From contig CAZAQH010000002.1 of NCBI GenBank assembly GCA_964487395.1, forward strand, positions 864 through 64,863: a DNA stretch of 64,000 nucleotides, read 5' to 3'. The notes under the pieces are model-generated. The model ran no database searches. It was not told the DNA's origin and saw only the letters and a list, made by a program, of their open reading frames with translations. How positions within the stretch are numbered: the first letter of the stretch is position 1; every line of letters starts with the position of its first letter. Positions 57,763-64,000 of this stretch are shown in pieces. The DNA is from an uncultured Lachnospiraceae bacterium. GTDB taxonomy: Bacteria > Bacillota > Clostridia > Lachnospirales > Lachnospiraceae. Both the position numbers and the translations under genes were made by a program.

Positions 57763-58713
57763 TTAGTCTCTGCTCTTCCATGTCTCAGACGGTGCACAGT
57801 TAAAGGTAATCTCTGTACCATTAGAAGTTGCAATAATGGAACCCTGTTCATCGGTTCTAAATACCTTTACTCCCATACTTCTAAGATTATTAAGCGCCTC
57901 CGCATGCGGATGTCCATACTTATTATCTGCTCCACAGCTTATTACGGCATATTCCGGTGTGGCTGCATTTAACAAATCCATCGTGGAAGCAGTCCTGCTG
58001 CCATGGTGCCCTGCCTGATAAACATCTGCATCAATGTTAATCCCATTTGCAGCAATATCCCGTTCTGCCTCTTCTTCTGCATCTCCGGTAAATAAAAAGG
58101 TATTCTCTCCATGCGCCAGTAAAATACCAATCGAATAATTGTTACATTCATCTCCATAGGAATAGTTATTAGGTGCAACAATCGTAAAAAAAGCATCTCC
58201 AAGTTCATACACATCTCCTACAATAGGCAGTGTGTTTTTATAACTTTTGTTCTTCATTGCCTGAGTGACATCATCATATGTTCTGGTGTCTTTTTGATAA
58301 TCCGGCATCATAACCGTCTTACAGTCAAATTTTGTAAGGATAACATCCATACTACCAATGTGATCGGAATCCGGATGCGTTCCTATCATATAATCAAGGG
58401 AAGTCACACCCTGTTTTTCCAAATATAACTGAACCGTCGTACCTTTATCATTTTCACCGGCATCCATCAACATTGCATGTTCTCCACACATAATCAGTGT
58501 CGAATCGCCCTGTCCGATATCAATAAAATGCACCTGTAGTTCATCAAGTTCTCCCACCGGTTTGCTTTCAAACTTTGCCTGTGCTGTCTCCATCGCCGGT
58601 GTATTTTCATTGTTCACATAGGCATAAATACTACTCCCAACTGCAATTAGTACACCTATCATAAAAATAACACTGCGAATCCTGCGGACTGCAGTGCGTA
58701 TTTCTTTTTTCAT
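57763..58713 (-). CDS. membrane-anchored MBL-fold hydrolase (ComEC C-terminal-domain-like)
   Basis: 316 aa. N-terminal TM segment, HFIDIGQGDS, and the metal motif GTHPDSDHIG...GHHGS. Confidence 0.75.
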   Translation of the reverse strand: MKKEIRTAVRRIRSVIFMIGVLIAVGSSIYAYVNNENTPAMETAQAKFESKPVGELDELQVHFIDIGQGDSTLIMCGEHAMLMDAGENDKGTTVQLYLEKQGVTSLDYMIGTHPDSDHIGSMDVILTKFDCKTVMMPDYQKDTRTYDDVTQAMKNKSYKNTLPIVGDVYELGDAFFTIVAPNNYSYGDECNNYSIGILLAHGENTFLFTGDAEEEAERDIAANGINIDADVYQAGHHGSRTASTMDLLNAATPEYAVISCGADNKYGHPHAEALNNLRSMGVKVFRTDEQGSIIATSNGTEITFNCAPSETWKSRD

Positions 58714-58783
58714 ATTAGCTTACTCTTTTCTGTATCTTTTTTACTATCATACACTAATCAGCTTACCCCTGCCACAGAGATTG

Positions 58784-59425
58784 TCAAAAGTTCATAATTT
58801 CATCCGGATTAGAAACAATAATATTTGCGCCATTTTCTATTAGAAGCTCCTCATCTCGGAATCCCCAGTTAACCGCAATACATGGAAGCTTGGCATTCCT
58901 TGCTGTCGCTAAATCGACTTCAGAATCTCCAATATAAACTGCACGGCTTTTATCCACTTGCAGTTCCTGTAAAATAAGATTAACAGCATCCGGTGCCGGC
59001 TTTTTATTTAATTCTTTTTTTTCGCCAATTGCATAGTCAAACAGTTCATCAAAATATTGTTTACATAACTCCTGTACTGCAAAATCTGCCTTATTTGACA
59101 CCACTGCTGTTTTACATCCATTTTCATGTAAGGTCTGTAACAGTTCTAAAATTCCATCGTATGGTTTTGTTTTATCCGCACAGTGAATGGTATAAAATTC
59201 ACGAAAATCCTTATACACCGCTTCAATCTGTTCTGGTGTAGCGCCATTAGGAACTGCACGCTCAATTAATTTTTTGATTCCATTTCCCACAAAACGGCGT
59301 ACGTTTTCAATTGAATGAACCGGGAATCCTGCCCTTTTCAGTGCATAATTCACACTGTCTGTTAAGTCCTCTAACGTATTTAAAATCGTTCCATCCATGT
59401 CAAAAATATATAAGTCATACTTCAT
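58784..59425 (-). CDS. HAD-superfamily hydrolase (phosphoglycolate phosphatase-like)
   Basis: 213 aa with FDMDGT (DxDGT), VSNK and GDSEVD motifs. Confidence 0.8.
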   Translation of the reverse strand: MKYDLYIFDMDGTILNTLEDLTDSVNYALKRAGFPVHSIENVRRFVGNGIKKLIERAVPNGATPEQIEAVYKDFREFYTIHCADKTKPYDGILELLQTLHENGCKTAVVSNKADFAVQELCKQYFDELFDYAIGEKKELNKKPAPDAVNLILQELQVDKSRAVYIGDSEVDLATARNAKLPCIAVNWGFRDEELLIENGANIIVSNPDEIMNF

Positions 59426-59503
59426 TATTTTATCTCCGTTACTAAGTCTTTCTATCTTGCCGGCACAAATGTTTCTTTTCCCGAAACCTACGAATCGTAG
59501 ACC

Positions 59504-60046
59504 TTATTTAATTGAAAGCAGTGTTTCAACATCTTTTCTCTTTGGTGCATCCGGTTTTTCAGCCGGGCGTCCAATTGCAATCAATACGGATACGGACTGG
59601 TCCTTAGAAAGTTCAATCGCTTTGGCAACCTTCTCTTCATCAAAAATACCCATCATAACCGTACCAAAGCCAAGTTCATGTGCTGCAAGGCAGAAGGTCT
59701 GTGCTGCAATTCCTGCATCAAATGACTGCCAATGTGTCCTTTTTGAAGTTGTAAAAGAGCCATCTCTTTCATAACCGGAACGACCATTCACGGTCGTAAC
59801 CACTACTAATGCTGAGGCATTCACGGCAGTTGTCTGGTTGCCTGCAAAACCAAGCATGCAATGATCTGCAATTTCTTTTTTCTTATCTTCATCCATTACT
59901 GCAATATATCGCGTTGTCTGCGTATTTTTCCAGCTTGGTGCATAGGCAGCAAGTTCTACAATCTGTTCAAATTCCTCTTTTGTCATTTTCTCTTCTGTAA
60001 AGCTACGAATACTTCTTCTTGTTTTAATACATTCTTTTACGTCCAT
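59504..60046 (-). CDS. nitroreductase family protein
   Basis: 180 aa. TRRSIRSF near the N-terminus, with a nitroreductase-like fold pattern. Confidence 0.8.
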   Translation of the reverse strand: MDVKECIKTRRSIRSFTEEKMTKEEFEQIVELAAYAPSWKNTQTTRYIAVMDEDKKKEIADHCMLGFAGNQTTAVNASALVVVTTVNGRSGYERDGSFTTSKRTHWQSFDAGIAAQTFCLAAHELGFGTVMMGIFDEEKVAKAIELSKDQSVSVLIAIGRPAEKPDAPKRKDVETLLSIK

Positions 60047-60145
60047 TTCATTTCCTCCTTGGATTCATATACAGGGTTACCATGTTCTTTTCTATATTAA
60101 ATATAAAATTCTTGAAATACCAAATGCCAGTTGTCTCTGTCCTTC

Positions 60146-60352
60146 TCATCCTTCTTTTTTCCACTTTGGAAGAATGCTCTGAAGCGGGTAGGCGAGCACC
60201 GGAACAATTCCTAACAGTGCTATCAGCCACAAAAGATACCAGTTCTTATCAAAAAGGTCATGTCGTAAATAGTAAAGAATAATTAGTAAAAGTGTAATTA
60301 ATAATGGTGGTACCGTAATAACACGAAGTGCCTTTGCAATTTTGTTTTTCAT
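60146..60352 (-). CDS. small two-TM membrane protein (68 aa), possibly a truncated gene remnant
   Basis: ORF with two hydrophobic helices. It ends at an in-frame TGA, after which the same frame stays open for 17 more codons (EGQRQLAFGISRILYLI) before a TAG. Confidence 0.4.
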   Translation of the reverse strand: MKNKIAKALRVITVPPLLITLLLIILYYLRHDLFDKNWYLLWLIALLGIVPVLAYPLQSILPKWKKEG

Positions 60353-60377
60353 TTCTTTTCCCCTTATTTTTCATTCT

Positions 60378-61451
60378 CTATAACGTCGCTTTCATCCGTG
60401 CTTTCATTTTATACATTTCTTCATCCGCCCTGTTACAAATAGTGTCAATATCATCCCCATTCTGAAAAATAACAATCCCATATGCAGAGGAATAAGCAGT
60501 CTCATTCATTTTATCTTCAATGTTCTTCATCATTTTTTTAATTTCATCTACTTGTCCAGTAGAACAGAGAAAAAGAAATTCATCTCCACCCATTCGATAA
60601 AGTGTACAGTCACTACGTGAATTCATATGTATCGTCTGGGCCAACGTAACAAGTGCTTTATCTCCTGCTGCATGCCCTTTTTTATCATTAAGTGTTTTTA
60701 AATCATTTAAGTCCATTGCGACAATCACAGTATCTTTGCGCTTCCTCTTTTGCATATCAATATAAAAAATCCTTCTGTTGTAGGACTGAGTCAATTGATC
60801 CATAGAATAAGTACTTACATGAAGATACAAATAGTAAAACACTGTTGCTATTGTGCAGGATGCATTCATAATTCCCTGCATTTTAAATGCAGTATCCATC
60901 AAAGTTCCGGCTATACAAAGAAATGCCGACATAAATATGACCAGCGTTTCTCCTTTTCTACGTACTTTGATTTGCAAGACTGTCATTGCAAGCATAAAAA
61001 GAACATATGCCGCCCCTGTTATAAATGGTACATATCCAAATATACCTCTTGAAAATGTGCCATCCTTTGAAAATACGAAGACACATCCGTTCCATATACT
61101 TAAAAAAGAGAGAAAACCATTCAAAATAAGGGGCAGAAGAAACGTATGTAAATGTCTGTTTTTCCAGCTTACCATTTTACGGTACATAATCAATGTAATC
61201 ATAACCGCTATGGTAGGCCTAAGTGTATATGCAATTGCGGCATACAGTCTTCGTAAAAAGGTTGGTGCTTCCTTTTGTGCCTCAATTAGCCCAAGATTAT
61301 CCACCAGTACTAAACAAAGAATCGTGCTGATCGTATATATAAATAATCGTTCTGTCTGTTGATTAAACGACTTTTCCGTTAATATAAAAACAAGAAAAAG
61401 CATACACAAAATAAGGCATGCATAATTGTTTTGAAGAAAATCTAAGAACAT
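60378..61451 (-). CDS. membrane-anchored GGDEF diguanylate cyclase
   Basis: 357 aa. About six N-terminal TM helices, then a GGDEF domain (YRMGGDEFLFL). Same architecture as the frameshifted gene at 51161-52314. Confidence 0.85.
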   Translation of the reverse strand: MFLDFLQNNYACLILCMLFLVFILTEKSFNQQTERLFIYTISTILCLVLVDNLGLIEAQKEAPTFLRRLYAAIAYTLRPTIAVMITLIMYRKMVSWKNRHLHTFLLPLILNGFLSFLSIWNGCVFVFSKDGTFSRGIFGYVPFITGAAYVLFMLAMTVLQIKVRRKGETLVIFMSAFLCIAGTLMDTAFKMQGIMNASCTIATVFYYLYLHVSTYSMDQLTQSYNRRIFYIDMQKRKRKDTVIVAMDLNDLKTLNDKKGHAAGDKALVTLAQTIHMNSRSDCTLYRMGGDEFLFLCSTGQVDEIKKMMKNIEDKMNETAYSSAYGIVIFQNGDDIDTICNRADEEMYKMKARMKATL

Positions 61452-61631
61452 TTCGCTCCTCCTAATGATGTTGTTCTTATTTTACAATAGATATTAAAAA
61501 AAGGACAGTTTTTTTACTTATTAGTAAGAAGAGAAATTGTACTTTTCAGGCAACAATTCTAAATTGGATTTTAAAATAAAAATGAATAAGGTATAATTAA
61601 CTCGAAATACATAGATAATGAGGATAATGTT

Positions 61632-62321
61632 ATGAGTTCTAATTTGATAAAAAGAGCCGGAAGTGGTTTGTATACACAGTTTATTAAGACCATGACAATG
61701 CGCCGTTTGATTGCTGTTGTACTTGGAAATATTGTTTTGGGAATAGGTGCAGCGGGACTTCGTTTTTCATTACTTGGAAATGAGCCATATACTGCCATGA
61801 ATATGGCTATCAGTGATGGGTTACATATGAGTCTTGGAACGTATCAGCTGATACTTAATCTCTTCTTGCTGATTATACAGCTTATCTGGGGCAGAGCTTA
61901 CATAGGCTTTGGTTCCATTATTAATCTTTGTTTCTTAGGATATATTATAGAAGCTGCCGGATATGTAATGAGTCTTATTTTACCAAGTGCACAGGGCTAT
62001 ACCTTCTTACAGAAGATTTTATTTATGATTGTGTCGCTGCTTATTCTTACCTTTGGAATATCCATGTACCAGACAGCTAATTTAGGTGTAGCACCTTATG
62101 ACTATCTGGCACTTGGCATGACCGACCACCTTCCAACACCTTACTTTTTAAACCGTGTCATCACAGATGCAATCAGTGTTCTTACCATTGTCGCTGTTGT
62201 ACTTGGCGGACTGATTACCTGGAATGAAAGTCACTTAGGCATCGGAACTGTTGTCGGTGCATTTTTCTTAGGACCTTTAATTAATTTCTACTCAAAGTTT
62301 AATGAAAAATGGATTCGTTAA
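61632..62321 (+). CDS. YczE/YitT-like integral membrane protein
   Basis: 229 aa, polytopic. The start may be at an internal Met (MTMRRL, near 61695). Confidence 0.5.
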   Translation: MSSNLIKRAGSGLYTQFIKTMTMRRLIAVVLGNIVLGIGAAGLRFSLLGNEPYTAMNMAISDGLHMSLGTYQLILNLFLLIIQLIWGRAYIGFGSIINLCFLGYIIEAAGYVMSLILPSAQGYTFLQKILFMIVSLLILTFGISMYQTANLGVAPYDYLALGMTDHLPTPYFLNRVITDAISVLTIVAVVLGGLITWNESHLGIGTVVGAFFLGPLINFYSKFNEKWIR

Positions 62322-62322
62322 A

Positions 62323-62508
62323 TTATGCTTCTTCAATTGCATCAACCGGACAGCTGTCCATTGCCTGAACGGCTTCCGGTTCTAAAGATGCATCCACGTC
62401 TGCTTCTGCTGCATGAGCCAGTCCATCATCTGAAAATTCAAACACCTCCGGACAAATATCGGTACACATCCCACATGCTATACAATTCTCATTCACAATA
62501 AATTTCAT
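62323..62508 (-). CDS. small 4Fe-4S ferredoxin
   Basis: 61 aa with CIACGMCTDICP plus a distal CP motif (DSCPVDAI). Confidence 0.85.
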   Translation of the reverse strand: MKFIVNENCIACGMCTDICPEVFEFSDDGLAHAAEADVDASLEPEAVQAMDSCPVDAIEEA

Positions 62509-62630
62509 ATTCTACTTTCCTTCTCCTGTTTCAATCACTTTATTGATACTACACATGAATCATTTATTCACCAATATTATATTCACCAGATATTATTTTA
62601 TTATTTTTAAGGTGAATTTTTTTAATATGA

Positions 62631-62677
62631 TTGACTTTTTATTTTTATAGAGGTATAACAAGTTTAACAAGTTATAC
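62631..62677 (+). promoter_or_regulatory. putative sigma-A promoter with an overlapping palindromic operator upstream of the AbrB-like/ABC operon
   Basis: TTGACT (62631-62636), a 17-nt spacer, then TATAAC (62654-62659). The inverted repeat GTATAAC (62653-62659) / GTTATAC (62671-62677) encloses a direct AACAAGTT duplication. Confidence 0.5.
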
Positions 62678-62717
62678 TTTTCATACTTCTCTCACATTAA
62701 ATATAAGGAGGTAACAC

Positions 62718-62948
62718 ATGGGTAAATCACACGAAGGAAAATACGCATGGACCGTTAAAATAGGGGAAAAAGGACAATTTGTCATTCCCAAGGAAGCCCG
62801 GGATATTTTTGGTATTCACCCTGGCGATACTATTTTAGTATTAGCTGATAAAAAAAGAGGAATCGCTATTCCACCACCAAATGCGTTTTCAAAATTGGCA
62901 GAAAATCTTTTTAACAGTGCACAAGCAGAAAGCGAGGATGAAGAATGA
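62718..62948 (+). CDS. AbrB/MazE/SpoVT-family DNA-binding protein
   Basis: 76 aa. The swapped-hairpin motif GQFVIPKEARDIFGIHPGDTILV and an acidic tail. Confidence 0.75.
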   Translation: MGKSHEGKYAWTVKIGEKGQFVIPKEARDIFGIHPGDTILVLADKKRGIAIPPPNAFSKLAENLFNSAQAESEDEE

Positions 62949-63793
62949 ACGTACTTGAAGTGAAAAACTTAAATAAAACATATCCTGCATTTTCCTTGAA
63001 AAATGTTTCTTTTTCGCTGGAAAAAGGGAAAATTACCGGTTTCATCGGAAGAAACGGTGCAGGTAAATCCACCACATTAAAATCACTTTTTCATTATGTT
63101 CATCCCGATGCAGGTGATATTTCGTTTTTTGGAATGAACATTGAAGGCAACGAACTTGCCATTAAACAGAATGTTGGATTTGTTTCAAGTGGAGTCAATT
63201 ATTATCCCAAGAAAAAAATCAAACAAATTACTGCCATCACCAAAATGTTTTTTGAAAAATGGGATGATGAAGCCTATCAAAAATACTTAAATCTTTTTGC
63301 ACTGGATGAAAACAAGACACCGGAACAGCTATCAGCCGGTATGAAAGTAAAATATGCACTTGCCCTTTCGCTTTCACACAATGCAGAACTTTTGATTTTA
63401 GATGAGCCTACCAGTGGTCTGGATCCGGTGTCACGCGATGATTTATTAGACGTATTCATGAATCTGTGTGACGAAGGCAAGACGATTCTTTTCTCCACAC
63501 ATATTACATCAGACCTTGATAAATGCGCCGATAACATCATTTACATCAAAAACGGATCCATATTAGCGGAAGAAAAAATTGATGCTTTCGTAGACAGTTA
63601 TAAAGTGGTGGAATATGAAAAAGATGCTTTAAAAGAAACAGACGAGAAATTGTTGATTGGTTGTAAACGTGCCAAAAAAGGATTTAGTGCATTAGTAAAA
63701 GCTTCTGATGCTACGTCACTGTCCATGCAAGCATCTGATGCTGATTTAGAGTCTATTATGATTCATTTGGAAAAGGAGGAGGAAACATGTTAA
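62945..63793 (+). CDS. ABC transporter ATP-binding protein
   Basis: 282 aa with Walker A GRNGAGKST, signature LSAGMKVK and Walker B LILDEPTSGLD. An ATGA overlap links it to the AbrB-like gene. Confidence 0.88.
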   Translation: MNVLEVKNLNKTYPAFSLKNVSFSLEKGKITGFIGRNGAGKSTTLKSLFHYVHPDAGDISFFGMNIEGNELAIKQNVGFVSSGVNYYPKKKIKQITAITKMFFEKWDDEAYQKYLNLFALDENKTPEQLSAGMKVKYALALSLSHNAELLILDEPTSGLDPVSRDDLLDVFMNLCDEGKTILFSTHITSDLDKCADNIIYIKNGSILAEEKIDAFVDSYKVVEYEKDALKETDEKLLIGCKRAKKGFSALVKASDATSLSMQASDADLESIMIHLEKEEETC

Positions 63794-64000
63794 AACTACT
63801 GAAAAAGGAAATTGTACTTTCCGCTCACCCAACTACTATCATCATGCTCCTGCTCTCTCCTATGGTCATGATTCCGAATTATCCATATTCGGTTGTATTC
63901 TTTTATATTACGCTTTCTTTGTTTTTCACCTGCATTCAGGGTCGTGAAAATAACGACATTATTTACTCGCTGAACCTGCCTATTGCAAAAAAAGATATCG
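63787..64000 (+). CDS. ABC-2-type transporter permease, partial (continues beyond the window end)
   Basis: My translation from the ATG at 63787 reads MLKLLKKEIVLSAHPTTIIMLLLSPMVMIPNYPYSVVFFYITLSLFFTCIQGRENNDIIYSLNLPIAKKDI. It is hydrophobic and overlaps the ATPase gene by 7 nt. Confidence 0.65.
   Translation, partial: MLKLLKKEIVLSAHPTTIIMLLLSPMVMIPNYPYSVVFFYITLSLFFTCIQGRENNDIIYSLNLPIAKKDI

Noticed and set aside
62718-62948. The AbrB/MazE-fold protein as the antitoxin of a type II TA pair.
   Set aside because: The overlapping downstream gene is an ABC ATPase followed by a permease, not a MazF/PemK-like toxin. A regulator-exporter operon explains the arrangement better.
1-64000. A scan for tRNA, rRNA, CRISPR arrays, IS elements, integrases, prophage or known defence-system genes.
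   Set aside because: I recognised none. There are no T-loop/acceptor-type tRNA signatures, no regular repeat-spacer arrays and no transposase, integrase, restriction or Cas-like ORFs. GC content looks uniform apart from the GC-richer 23454-23905 repeat region.

Overview
This is a low-GC (roughly 38-40%) Firmicutes/Clostridia-type chromosomal segment with Lachnospiraceae-like gene content. It holds about 62 protein genes, most on the minus strand and tightly packed. All family calls come from reading the ORF translations and raw sequence by eye; no searches were run. The backbone is housekeeping: dusB (partial, not in the ORF track), coaX, argF, SPFH/NfeD, proC, ktrAB, pfkA, dnaE, metK behind a SAM-I riboswitch, murA, galE, copA-copZ and a minimal sufC/sufBD pair. 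Signalling genes are interleaved: an HD-GYP protein, two membrane GGDEF proteins (one frameshifted), an MCP and a RelQ-type alarmone synthetase. There are also many transporters and three cell-wall hydrolases. I saw no tRNA, rRNA, CRISPR array, transposase, integrase or phage genes. The items most worth a second look are listed here. (1) An 871-aa ORF fuses a full-length Tet(M)/EF-G-like translational GTPase to a YacP/Rae1-type NYN ribonuclease domain (39127-41742). (2) A CotH kinase, VTC polyphosphate-polymerase domain and DUF4956 membrane protein form a cassette (43010-46257) at the end of a seven-gene co-directional array. (3) Two diverged, inverted copies of a ~125-140 nt hairpin element with compensatory base-pair changes each sit just after the stop codon of convergent genes (23464-23895). 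(4) A 12-TM MFS transporter is fused to a complete GH2 glycosidase (34384-37392). (5) An uncharacterised MFS / 120-aa / FliB-like Cys-rich / double class-II-aldolase operon spans 53902-57728. Two single-base homopolymer frameshifts (a LytTR regulator and a GGDEF cyclase) and one in-frame TGA suggest either real gene decay or homopolymer sequencing error. They need read-level checking.
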